From Candidatus Methylomirabilia bacterium (lineage in GTDB: Bacteria > Methylomirabilota > Methylomirabilia > Rokubacteriales > CSP1-6): 28,370 bases of DNA. Position 1 is the stretch's first letter, and the number at the start of each line of letters is the position of its first letter. The DNA lies in contig JBGQHJ010000054.1 of the NCBI GenBank assembly GCA_041497895.1, forward strand, positions 1 through 28,370, read 5' to 3'. Below are positions 15,759-24,459 of the stretch, piece after piece. The notes under the pieces are model-generated. The model did not search any database, was not told the origin of the DNA, and saw only the letters and a list, made by a program, of their open reading frames with translations. Position numbers and translations under genes: made by a program.

Positions 15759-16660
15759 CGCGCATCGGCTTCATCGGCGTGGGCACCATGGGGCTGCCCA
15801 TGGCCAGGAACCTCGTCCAGAAGGGATTCACCGTCACCGCGTTCGACAGCAACCCGGAGGCGGTGAAGACGGCGGCCGCGGCGGGCATGACCGCGGCGGC
15901 GAGCGCGGCGGAAGCGGTGGCCACCGCGGACATCGTGGTGACCATGCTGCCCTCGTCGCCCAATGTTGAATCGGTGTATACGGGGGATGGCGGGGTGCTG
16001 GCCGCCGCGCGCAAGGGCACGCTGTGCGTGGACATGTCCACCATCGATCCCGCGGTGTCGCAGCGGGTCGCCAAGGCCGCCCAGGAGCGCGGCGTGCGCT
16101 TCATCGACGCGCCGGTCTCGGGCGGCACGCCCCGGGCCACCGACGGCACGCTCGCGATCATGGTGGGCGGGGCCGCCGCCGACTTCGAGGAGGCCCGGCC
16201 CGTGCTCGCCGCGATGGGCACCAACGTGATCCACGTGGGGGCGGTGGGCAGCGGCGAGGTCGTGAAGCTCTGCAACAACCTGATCGCGGGGGTGTGCGGG
16301 GTGGCGGTGAGCGAGGCCTTCCGCATCGCGGAGGGCTTCGGGATGGACCCGAAGGTGGTCACCGACGTGATCTCCAAGTCCTCCGGCAACACGTTCCTGA
16401 TGGGCTTCATGCACCCGGTGCCGGGGCTCATGCCCAACGCGGCCTCGAGCAACGACTACAAGCCGGGCTTCATGACCGACCTCATGTGCAAGGACCTGGG
16501 GCTGGCCGTCGACGCCGCCCGCAACCTCCGGGTGCCGCTCTTCGTGACGCCGGCCGCCCAGCAGGTCTACCGGCTCGCCTCCTCCCACGGTCTCGGCCGT
16601 CGTGACTTCACGAGCGTCTACTCGTTCCTGAAACCGTCCTCGGGCCAGGCGCCCGTCTAG
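15755..16660 (+). CDS. mmsB: 3-hydroxyisobutyrate dehydrogenase
   Basis: ATGA overlap and RBS AAGGAG. GFIGVGTMG, DAPVSGG, KLCNN and the MmsB-type PVPG..PNAASSNDYKPGF segment. Confidence 0.78.
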   Translation: MTRIGFIGVGTMGLPMARNLVQKGFTVTAFDSNPEAVKTAAAAGMTAAASAAEAVATADIVVTMLPSSPNVESVYTGDGGVLAAARKGTLCVDMSTIDPAVSQRVAKAAQERGVRFIDAPVSGGTPRATDGTLAIMVGGAAADFEEARPVLAAMGTNVIHVGAVGSGEVVKLCNNLIAGVCGVAVSEAFRIAEGFGMDPKVVTDVISKSSGNTFLMGFMHPVPGLMPNAASSNDYKPGFMTDLMCKDLGLAVDAARNLRVPLFVTPAAQQVYRLASSHGLGRRDFTSVYSFLKPSSGQAPV

Positions 16661-16679
16661 CCGGGGAGGGCGGAAGTTC

Positions 16680-19600
16680 ATGACTCGCCGTCTGACGCGC
16701 TGGCTGATCGTCCTGGGCGTGCTGCTGGTGCTGGGGGTGGCCTTCGTCTGGAGCCTACCCGAGATCGTGAAGTGGCAGGCCCTCAAGCAGATTCCCGCCA
16801 TCACCGGGCGGGCGGCCAGCATCGAGGACATCGACATCAACCTCTTCACCGGCCGGGTCGCCATCAAGAAGTTCCGGCTCGCCGAGGCGGATCCGGCCCA
16901 GACCTTCGTCGAGTTCGAGCGCTTCGACGTGCGGGTGGTGCCGTGGTCGGTCGTCTTCGGCAACGTGCGGATCGCCGAGCTGCGGCTCACCGCGCCCACC
17001 GTGAACCTCGTCCGCCTGAGCACGACCGAGTTCAACTTCTCGGACATCCTGAAGCGGCTCGCCACCGCCAAGGAGGGGGCGCCGCCCCCCAAGCCGGTGG
17101 ACCCCAAGGCCAAGTCGCGCTGGACGATCGCGGTGAACCACTTCGCGCTGATCCGGGCCAACATCACCGCGGTCGATCGCGCGGTGACCCCCACCAGCGA
17201 GTGGAGGGTGCGCGACCTGAGCATCGAGGCCGGCAACCTCACCACCCGGCCCTCCGGCCCGGTGGGGACCCTCGCGGTGCGCGCGGCCCTCAACGACTCG
17301 CCGGTCGAGTTCTCGGCCCAGGACATCGACCTCACCCCGACCTCGTTCGCGGGGAAGTTCTCGATCCAGAACTTCAGCCTGCTCCAGATCCGGCCGTACC
17401 TGCCCCCGCTGCCGGCCACCCTCGACTCCGGCATCGCGGGCGTGAACATGGCGGTGAAGCTCGAGCTGGGGTCGGGACCGGGCGGTCTCGCGGTCGGGCT
17501 GGTCACCGGCGACGTCGCGGTCACCTCGCTCGCGCTCAGCCAGCCGGGCAAGACCACCCCGTTCCTCGCCGTCCCGCGCATCGGGGTGGGACTCAAGGAA
17601 GTGAACCTGGTCTCTCGCGTGGTCACCCTCTCGAGCGTCGACGTCGAGGGGCTCGACCTCAAGGCGGTGCGCGACAAGCAGGAGCAGATCGATTTGCTCG
17701 ATCTCACCAAGAAGCCGACGGCCGCGCCGGCTCCCGCGGGCTCCGCACCGGCCGCGTCGAGTAGGCCGGCTCCCGTTGCCAAGGGCCCCCCCGCTGGGGC
17801 CGCGGGCGCTCCCGCACCGTCGGCCCCGCCCGCCGACGCCGGGTACAAGATCACGGTGGAGAAGGTGACGGTGAAGGGGTCGGCCACGTTCACCGACGAG
17901 GCGATCTCCTCGCCCCCGACCGTGCTCAAGATCGGCGGCCTCAGCCTTCAGCTGAGCGACGTGACCTGGCCCGCGGCGCGGCCGATGCAGCTCGACCTCG
18001 CGATGGTGCTCCCGGGCGGCGGCAAGTTCGGCGCGAAGGGCCCGGTCGGGATCGATCCGGTGGACGTCACCCTGGCCGTGACGACCCGCGACGCGCCGAT
18101 CGAGCCGTATCACGCCTACTTCCCGTTCCCGGCCAGCTTCTCGGGCCGCTTCAACGCCGACACCCAGAACCGGGTCCGGATCGTCAAGGGCAAGCTCACC
18201 GCGCTGTCCCGGGGCAAGAGCTGGGCGACCGACCTCGCGGTGAAGGAGCCGGACGGCAAGGACGCGCCGCTGCGGCTGCAGCGCCTGGAGATCAACGGCA
18301 TCGACTTCGCGTGGCCCACGTACGCGCGGGTAGCCCGGATCCTCCTCAAGCAGCCGGTGGGCGAGGTCGACCGCGCGGCGGACGGGACCATGAACGTACA
18401 GAGGCTCTTCACGCCCAAGCCCAAGCCGGGCGCGCCCGCGAGCCCGGCTCCGCCGCCCAAGGCGCCCGAGAAGCCCGCCCCGGCCGGGACGGCCGCGAAG
18501 TCGCCCGGGCTGCTCGAGACGATGGAGTTCTACTTCAAGGAGATCGCGATCGAGGACGGCTATACCCGCTTCCTCGACCACACCACCCAGCCGCCCTTCT
18601 CGGAGGACATCTCCAAGATCAACCTGGTGGTGAAGGACCTGTCCAACAAGGCGAGCCAGCACGCGAGCATCGCGATGCAGGCGGTGGTGGGCGGCGACTC
18701 CGCGATGGACATCCGGGGGGAGATGGCGGCGATCGGGGCCCCGACCTACGTGGACATGACGGGCGAGCTCCGGAAGTTCGCGCTGCCCGCCGCGAATCCC
18801 TACATGGACAGCCTGCTCGCCTGGATCATCCGGCGCGGCGACCTGACCGCGAAGCTCGAGTACAAGATCGAGCAGGACAAGCTCGACGCCAAGAACGACA
18901 TCCTGGTCGGCAACCTGAAGGTGGCGCCCTCGCGCGCCTCCGACGAGGTCAAGAAGCGCATCGGGCTGCCGCTCGGGCTCATCGTGGCCCTCATCAAGGA
19001 CGGCGACGGCAACATCCACGTGAACGTGCCGATCAGCGGCACGCTGACCGACAAGAAGTTCGACTTCAGCGACGCGATCTGGACCGCGGTCAAGAACGTC
19101 ATCATCAACGTGCTCAGGGCACCCTTCCGGGCCATCGGCGGGCTCTTCACGAGCGGGGACAAGATCGACGAGCTCAAGGTCGACCCGCTCATCTTCGCGC
19201 CGGGGAGCGCGGTCCTGAGCCCGGAGATGGAGCGGCAGACGGTACGGGTGGGCGACTTCCTGCGCCGCGCGCCCTACGTGGGGCTCACCCTCGCCTCGGT
19301 GACCTCGCCGGAGGACGAGGAGGCGCTCAAGGAGCGCGCGGTGGCGGCCCGGCTCGAGAAGTTCCAGAAGGAGCAGGGGATCGGCGACCAGGCCGCCGCC
19401 CTCCGGAAGTACTACCAGGTGACCATCAAGGACGCGCTGCTTCCCAAGACGGTGGAGGAGCAGCTGCTGCTCCTGCGCAAGCGCGAGCCGGCCCCGACCA
19501 CCGCGCTCGCCGAGCTCAAGCGGCGCCGGCTCGACGTGACGCGCGACCGACTGGCCAAGGTGGAGGGCATCCCGGAGGCGCGGCTGGTGATCGCGCCGGA

Positions 19601-19817
19601 TGGCGCCGCCGGCGTGCCCTCGGCGGTGTCGTCCGCGCCCTCGGCCTCGCCCGCGCCGTCCGCGCCGCCCGCGTCCTCGACCCCGCCCGCTCCCGCGCCG
19701 CCGTCCGCCGCTCCCGCGCCGCCCGCCCCGGCGGGCTCGGCCCAGGCCGCGCCGCCGCCGGCCGCGCCGCCGGCGGGCGGCCGAGTCGAGTTCGGCATCA
19801 CCGGAGAGAGCGACTGA
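16680..19817 (+). CDS. DUF748 (AsmA-like) envelope protein with Pro/Ala-rich linkers, 1045 aa
   Basis: N-terminal TM anchor, DIDINLFTG, FNFSDIL, repeated beta-rich segments and LPLGLIVALIKDGDGNIHVNVPISG. Confidence 0.8.
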   Translation: MTRRLTRWLIVLGVLLVLGVAFVWSLPEIVKWQALKQIPAITGRAASIEDIDINLFTGRVAIKKFRLAEADPAQTFVEFERFDVRVVPWSVVFGNVRIAELRLTAPTVNLVRLSTTEFNFSDILKRLATAKEGAPPPKPVDPKAKSRWTIAVNHFALIRANITAVDRAVTPTSEWRVRDLSIEAGNLTTRPSGPVGTLAVRAALNDSPVEFSAQDIDLTPTSFAGKFSIQNFSLLQIRPYLPPLPATLDSGIAGVNMAVKLELGSGPGGLAVGLVTGDVAVTSLALSQPGKTTPFLAVPRIGVGLKEVNLVSRVVTLSSVDVEGLDLKAVRDKQEQIDLLDLTKKPTAAPAPAGSAPAASSRPAPVAKGPPAGAAGAPAPSAPPADAGYKITVEKVTVKGSATFTDEAISSPPTVLKIGGLSLQLSDVTWPAARPMQLDLAMVLPGGGKFGAKGPVGIDPVDVTLAVTTRDAPIEPYHAYFPFPASFSGRFNADTQNRVRIVKGKLTALSRGKSWATDLAVKEPDGKDAPLRLQRLEINGIDFAWPTYARVARILLKQPVGEVDRAADGTMNVQRLFTPKPKPGAPASPAPPPKAPEKPAPAGTAAKSPGLLETMEFYFKEIAIEDGYTRFLDHTTQPPFSEDISKINLVVKDLSNKASQHASIAMQAVVGGDSAMDIRGEMAAIGAPTYVDMTGELRKFALPAANPYMDSLLAWIIRRGDLTAKLEYKIEQDKLDAKNDILVGNLKVAPSRASDEVKKRIGLPLGLIVALIKDGDGNIHVNVPISGTLTDKKFDFSDAIWTAVKNVIINVLRAPFRAIGGLFTSGDKIDELKVDPLIFAPGSAVLSPEMERQTVRVGDFLRRAPYVGLTLASVTSPEDEEALKERAVAARLEKFQKEQGIGDQAAALRKYYQVTIKDALLPKTVEEQLLLLRKREPAPTTALAELKRRRLDVTRDRLAKVEGIPEARLVIAPDGAAGVPSAVSSAPSASPAPSAPPASSTPPAPAPPSAAPAPPAPAGSAQAAPPPAAPPAGGRVEFGITGESD

Positions 19818-19823
19818 GCGCTT

Positions 19824-19832
19824 TGCTATACT
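19824..19832 (+). promoter_or_regulatory. Extended -10 promoter for the GYD-AOR operon
   Basis: TGcTATACT is near consensus and stands out against the GC-rich background. RBS GGAGG follows at 19856-19860. Confidence 0.6.
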
Positions 19833-19866
19833 ACGCGCACCGTTCGCACATCCCAGGAGGCGCGCC

Positions 19867-20190
19867 GTGGCCCACTACGTGATGCTGAGCACGCTGAGCG
19901 AATCCGGCCGGAAGGTCATCCACGCCCGGCCGGGGTGGATCCGCAAGGTCAACCGGGAGCTGTCGCGACGCGGAGCCAAGGTGCTCGCGCAGTACGCGGT
20001 GCTCGGCCCCTACGATTTCGTGACCATCCTGGAGGCGGCCGACAACGAGACGGTCTCGTCGGTCTCGATCGAGATGGGCGCGCGGGGCTCGGTGCAGATG
20101 ATGACGATGCCCGCGATCCCGCTCGATACCTTCATCAATCGCCTCGAGCGCAGCCGCTCCGCGCCGCGGCGGAAAGGGAAGCGTCGCTGA
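19867..20190 (+). CDS. GYD domain-containing protein (107 aa)
   Basis: GTG start after GGAGG; YAVLGPYDFVTILEA motif. Confidence 0.8.
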   Translation: MAHYVMLSTLSESGRKVIHARPGWIRKVNRELSRRGAKVLAQYAVLGPYDFVTILEAADNETVSSVSIEMGARGSVQMMTMPAIPLDTFINRLERSRSAPRRKGKRR

Positions 20191-20194
20191 CTCG

Positions 20195-20668
20195 ATGAAA
20201 GTACTCGCGCTCCATCCCGAGAAGTGCACCGGCTGCCTCCGGTGCGAGCTGGCGTGCTCCTACATGCAGACCGGGCTGTTCCAGCCCTCCAAGTCGGTCA
20301 TCCGGGTGTCGCCGTTCGAGGGCTACACCTCCTACGCGCCCTACACGTGCACCCAGTGCGCGGAGGGCTGGTGCATGACCGCCTGCCCGGTGGGGGCGAT
20401 CCAGATCAACGCGGTGGGGGCGAAGGACGTGGTCGACGACACGTGCGTGGGCTGCAAGCTGTGTACGATCGCGTGCCCCTACGGGACCATGTTCTACGAC
20501 GGCGACACCCAGAAGGCCTACAAGTGCAATCTGTGTGGCGGCGCTCCGGCGTGCGCGTCGGCGTGCCCGACCGAGGCCATCACCTTCGAGGAGGCGGAGA
20601 CCGCCGACTGGATCGGCGACTTCGCGGCCGAGCGCACCGCGCGGGTGCTCGCGATGGAGGCCCGCTGA
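20195..20668 (+). CDS. 4x[4Fe-4S] polyferredoxin subunit (DmsB/AorA-like)
   Basis: Four Cys groups: CTGCLRCELAC, CTQC..CMTACP, CVGCKLCTIACP and CNLC..CASACP. Confidence 0.92.
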   Translation: MKVLALHPEKCTGCLRCELACSYMQTGLFQPSKSVIRVSPFEGYTSYAPYTCTQCAEGWCMTACPVGAIQINAVGAKDVVDDTCVGCKLCTIACPYGTMFYDGDTQKAYKCNLCGGAPACASACPTEAITFEEAETADWIGDFAAERTARVLAMEAR

Positions 20669-22020
20669 TGCCGGCCCGGCACCTGATCGTCGGCGGCGGC
20701 ACCGCGGGGATGAACGCGATCCGGACTATCAGAGAAGAAGAGCGGTTGATCGGGGCCGGCGCCTCCGAGATCACCCTGGTCTCCGCCGAGCGCCCGTATT
20801 CCCGGATGGTCCTGCCCTATTACCTGTGGGGCACCATCTCCGAGAGCCATGTGTACACTGCGCCGCCCGCCGCGCTGACCGCCTGGAAGGTGAAGGCCCT
20901 GGTCGGCCGGAAGGCGAAGGCCCTCGATCCCGCGGCCCGGACCCTCACCCTGGACGACGACGCCAAGGTCGAGTTCGACGACTGCCTGATCGCCACCGGC
21001 TCCCGGGCGGCCAAGGCGCCGATCCCGGGCGCCGACGGCCCCGGCGTCCACTGCTTCTGGACCCTCGACGAGGCCAAGGATGTGATCGCGGGCATGCCCC
21101 CCGGCAGCCGGGTGGTCATGGTCGGCGCGGGCTTCATCGCGTTCACCATCCTCAACGCGATCCTGGCCCGGGGGGCCAAGCTCACCATCGTGGAAGTGGC
21201 GACGCGCATCCTGCCCCGCATGGTCGACGACAAGTGCGCCGGGATCGTGCAGCGGTGGCTCGAGAACCACGACGTGGCGGTGCGCACCGGGGCGACGGTG
21301 ACCAAGATCGAGCAGGTGGGCGGCCGCCGGAAGCTCTCGTTCAAGAAGGGCGACCCGCTCACCGCCGACCTCGTGATCATGGCCACCGGCATCCGCACCA
21401 ATCTCGAGTGGCTCCAGGGCTCCGGCATCGCGACCGCCTCCGAGGCTCCCGGCGGGATCCTCGTCGACGACCACCTGCGCTCGAGCGTGAAGAGCGTCTA
21501 CGCGGCCGGCGACGTGGCGCGCGGGCGCAACCTGATCACCGGCGCGGCGGAGGTGCACGCGATCGAGCCCACCGCCCAGGAGCACGGGCGCGTGGTCGGC
21601 GCCAACATGGCGGGCCGCGACGTGACCTATCGCGGCAGCCTCATCATGAACATCGTCGAGGTCGCGCACCTCGACGTGGCCTCCTTCGGCCAGTGGGAGG
21701 ATCCCAAGGCCGAGGTCTACACCGCGCTGCGCGCCGGCCGCTCGGAGTATCGCAAGCTCCTCTTCCACGGCGGGCGCCTCACCGGGGCCGTCATCTGCGG
21801 GCCCGCCGAGGCGGTGTGGACCACCAACGACGTGGGGATGCTCAAGGGCCTCGTCTACTCCGGGGTGGACCTTTCGGCCTGGAAGGCGCACCTGAAGAAG
21901 AACCCGTTCGACGTCAAGCCGGCCTTCATCGCCACGCACACTGCCGGCCGGCTGCTGCCCGAGACCATCCTCGGCCGGCCGTCTCAATCACCCCAGTTGC
22001 CCCAAACGGTGGCCCTATGA
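20668..22020 (+). CDS. FAD-dependent pyridine nucleotide oxidoreductase (AorC/NirB N-terminal-like), 450 aa
   Basis: TGATG overlap; GGGTAG, IATGS, GAGFIA, ATGIRTN and VYAAGDVA. Confidence 0.88.
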   Translation: MPARHLIVGGGTAGMNAIRTIREEERLIGAGASEITLVSAERPYSRMVLPYYLWGTISESHVYTAPPAALTAWKVKALVGRKAKALDPAARTLTLDDDAKVEFDDCLIATGSRAAKAPIPGADGPGVHCFWTLDEAKDVIAGMPPGSRVVMVGAGFIAFTILNAILARGAKLTIVEVATRILPRMVDDKCAGIVQRWLENHDVAVRTGATVTKIEQVGGRRKLSFKKGDPLTADLVIMATGIRTNLEWLQGSGIATASEAPGGILVDDHLRSSVKSVYAAGDVARGRNLITGAAEVHAIEPTAQEHGRVVGANMAGRDVTYRGSLIMNIVEVAHLDVASFGQWEDPKAEVYTALRAGRSEYRKLLFHGGRLTGAVICGPAEAVWTTNDVGMLKGLVYSGVDLSAWKAHLKKNPFDVKPAFIATHTAGRLLPETILGRPSQSPQLPQTVAL

Positions 22021-23930
22021 GCCCGACCGCGACCACGACCCGTGCCGCCGCCAAGCCCGCGCCGACGCCGATCTATGCCTATGCCGGCAAGCTCCTTCGC
22101 GTGAACCTTTCCACCGGCAAGACCTGGACCGAGGCGTGGAGCGAGGCGGACCGGCGCGAGTACCTGGGGGGCATCGGTCTCGGGGCCAAGATCCTCTACG
22201 ACGAGGTCGGGCCGAAGGTGCAGTGGGATCACCCCGACAACCGTTTGATCATGGCCACCGGCCCGCTGGCCGGCCTGCCGGTGTGGGGGACGGGCGGGCT
22301 CACCGTCATCACGCGCGGCGCGCTCACCGGCGGCGCGACGTCGACGCAGGCCAACGGCTTCTTCGGCGCCGCGCTCAAGTACTCGGGCTACGACGCCATC
22401 GTCATGCAGGGGCAGGCCAAGAAGCTCTCCTACCTCTACATCAACGACGACGTGGTCGAGGTGCGCGACGCGGCCCACCTGGCCGGGAAGGACACGTGGG
22501 AGACCCAGCAGGCGCTCGAGACCGAGCACGGTCTCGCCGGTCACCGGCTCTCGGTCTACGCCATCGGCCCCGCGGGCGAGAACCTGGTGCGGTTCGCGGC
22601 CATCCACGGCGACTACGGGCACGTGGCCTCCAAGAACGGCTGCGGCGCGGTGATGGGCAAGAAAAGGCTCAAGGCGGTGTGCATCGTGCGCGGCACCAAG
22701 GCGCTGGCCGCCCACGACGCCCGCGGGCTCATCCAGGTCGCCGACGACATCGCGCACGATCTGAATACCGACCCGTCGACGTCCACGCTCTACAACCTGG
22801 GTACGCTCCCGGGAGTGGTGAACCTCTCGAAGCTCGGGGCGCTGCCGATCAAGAACTACACGACCAATCTCACCGGCGATGTGGACATGAAGGAGTGGGA
22901 AGCCACGAAGCTCCGCCAGGGCTTCGATCACCGCGGGCATCAGTGCAACGCCTGCGGCATGCGCCACTGCCACATCCAGGTGATCCCGACCGGTCCGCAC
23001 GCGGGCGAGCGCGTCGACGAACCGGAATACGAGGGCTGGTCGGGCGCGGGCTGGACGATCGGCCTGACCGAGAAGGTGCCGGTGTCCTGGCTGAACACCC
23101 GCATCGACCGGGCCTGCGTGGACGTCAACGAGTTCGGCTGGGTCTGCGGCTGGGTGATGGAGTGCATGGAGAAGGGTTACCTCACCGAGAAGCAGGTGGG
23201 CTTCCGCCTCACCTGGGGCGACGTCGAAGGTGCCAACAAGCTGCTCCAGATGATCAGCCACCGGCAGGGCTTCGGCGACATCCTGGCCGAAGGCGTCAAG
23301 CGCGCCTCCGAGAAGATCGGCGGCAAGGCGGCCGAGTGCGCGATCTATACCATGAAGGGCGCGTCTCCCCGGGGCCACGATCACCGGGGGCGATGGGAGG
23401 AGATGCTCGACACCTGCACGTCGTCCAACGGGACCATGGAGAGCGCCAACCCGACGTTCCAGACCGAGGTGGGCGCCCCCGGCCGCATCAATCCCTTCGA
23501 CGGCGAGCAGGTGGCCAAGCTGGTCGGCATGATCCGGGGCCGGCGCCACCTCGAGGATTCCCTGGGCGGCTGCTCGTTTACCTTCCGCACCCGCATCGCG
23601 AACCTGACCAGCGCGCTCTCGGCCGCGACCGGCTGGGACTATCGTCTGAAAGACGCGGTGCGCTTCGGCAACCGCACCGCCGCGATCCTGCGCGCCTTCA
23701 ACCTGCGCTGCGGCATCGGCACCGAGGTGGAATATCCCTCGGCCCGCTACGGCTCGCAGCCGGTCGACGGCCCCGCCAAGGAGCACGACGTCCGCAAGCA
23801 GTGGGACCGCATGCTCGACGTCTGGTACGAGACGGTCAACTACGACCGCAAGACCGGCAAGCCCAAGCGTGACCTCCTGCGCGCCCTCGACCTCGGCTGG
23901 CTCGAGAAGGACCTCTACGGGAAGAAGTAG
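22017..23930 (+). CDS. aor: Aldehyde:ferredoxin oxidoreductase (AOR/WOR) family catalytic subunit, 637 aa
   Basis: ATGA overlap; YAGKLLRVNLS, IGPAGENLVRFA, GAVMGKKRLKA, CNACGMRHC, EPEYE, ILAEGVKRA and DSLGGC. Confidence 0.9.
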   Translation: MSPTATTTRAAAKPAPTPIYAYAGKLLRVNLSTGKTWTEAWSEADRREYLGGIGLGAKILYDEVGPKVQWDHPDNRLIMATGPLAGLPVWGTGGLTVITRGALTGGATSTQANGFFGAALKYSGYDAIVMQGQAKKLSYLYINDDVVEVRDAAHLAGKDTWETQQALETEHGLAGHRLSVYAIGPAGENLVRFAAIHGDYGHVASKNGCGAVMGKKRLKAVCIVRGTKALAAHDARGLIQVADDIAHDLNTDPSTSTLYNLGTLPGVVNLSKLGALPIKNYTTNLTGDVDMKEWEATKLRQGFDHRGHQCNACGMRHCHIQVIPTGPHAGERVDEPEYEGWSGAGWTIGLTEKVPVSWLNTRIDRACVDVNEFGWVCGWVMECMEKGYLTEKQVGFRLTWGDVEGANKLLQMISHRQGFGDILAEGVKRASEKIGGKAAECAIYTMKGASPRGHDHRGRWEEMLDTCTSSNGTMESANPTFQTEVGAPGRINPFDGEQVAKLVGMIRGRRHLEDSLGGCSFTFRTRIANLTSALSAATGWDYRLKDAVRFGNRTAAILRAFNLRCGIGTEVEYPSARYGSQPVDGPAKEHDVRKQWDRMLDVWYETVNYDRKTGKPKRDLLRALDLGWLEKDLYGKK

Positions 23931-23944
23931 AGGGGGGAGAGCGG

Positions 23945-23983
23945 GCAGTTGCCTGGCGAGGCGCAGCCGAAGGCGAGCCGAGC
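23945..23983 (+). repeat. Dispersed 39-bp hairpin element, copy 2, overlapping the start of the MoaD-like gene
   Basis: GCAGTTGCCTGGCGAGGCGCAGCCGAAGGCGAGCCGAGC, 38/39 identical to 5076-5114. Confidence 0.9.
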
Positions 23984-24275
23984 GCATATAGAAGTCACCA
24001 CGTGGGTGACCAAGCACGTGGGCGGCGACGGCACCGGCAGCAAGCTGTTCGATGAGGACATCCGCCGCGGCGATACCCCGCGCACGGTGCTCCGCCGCTT
24101 CACCGCGCGCTTCCCCGAGCTCGATTCGGCGTTGTGGAGCCCGGACCACTCCGAGCTCGGCTCCCACATCGAAGTCCTCGTGAACGACGAGGTCCTCGGC
24201 GTCAGCTACGAGCTCGACACGCCGCTGACCGGTGGCGAGCGCCTCACGCTGCTCGGTCAGTTCATGGGCGGGTAG
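23949..24275 (+). CDS. MoaD/ThiS-family sulfur carrier protein
   Basis: VLVND, DTPL..GERLTL and a C-terminal GG. TTG start follows a purine-rich RBS; last gene of the AOR operon. Confidence 0.8.
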   Translation: MPGEAQPKASRAHIEVTTWVTKHVGGDGTGSKLFDEDIRRGDTPRTVLRRFTARFPELDSALWSPDHSELGSHIEVLVNDEVLGVSYELDTPLTGGERLTLLGQFMGG

Positions 24276-24454
24276 GCGGGCCCGGAGGGCAGCGGGCCGG
24301 GGGCGGCCGGGGGGCCTCTAACCACGACCCGCTGTTCCCGCTTCAGCCGGGTCAGGAGTTCCCAACCCGGGCGCACATCGACATCATTGCCCGTGCAGGG
24401 GATGGGTTACCCGGCCCCCCGGCCGCCCCCGGCCCGCTGCCCTCCGGGCCCGCC
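24275..24454. repeat. Perfect 42-bp inverted repeats enclosing a 96-nt spacer (MITE-like or foldback)
   Basis: 24275-24316 is the exact reverse complement of 24413-24454; it lies between two convergent stop codons. Confidence 0.85.
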
Positions 24455-24459
24455 GTGAG

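Noticed and set aside
19600..19780. Repetitive GC-rich DNA near the end of the DUF748 gene (also about 17715-17835)
   Set aside because: It is explained by Pro/Ala/Ser-rich protein linkers, not by a DNA repeat element.
20535..23930. 1131-aa ORF suggesting a giant AOR fusion
   Set aside because: The first ~494 codons are an Arg/Gly-rich shadow frame over the flavoprotein gene. The AOR starts at ATG 22017 in an ATGA overlap.
24275..24454. Autonomous IS element
   Set aside because: It is only 180 bp, with no transposase and no clear target-site duplication. Kept only as an inverted-repeat element.
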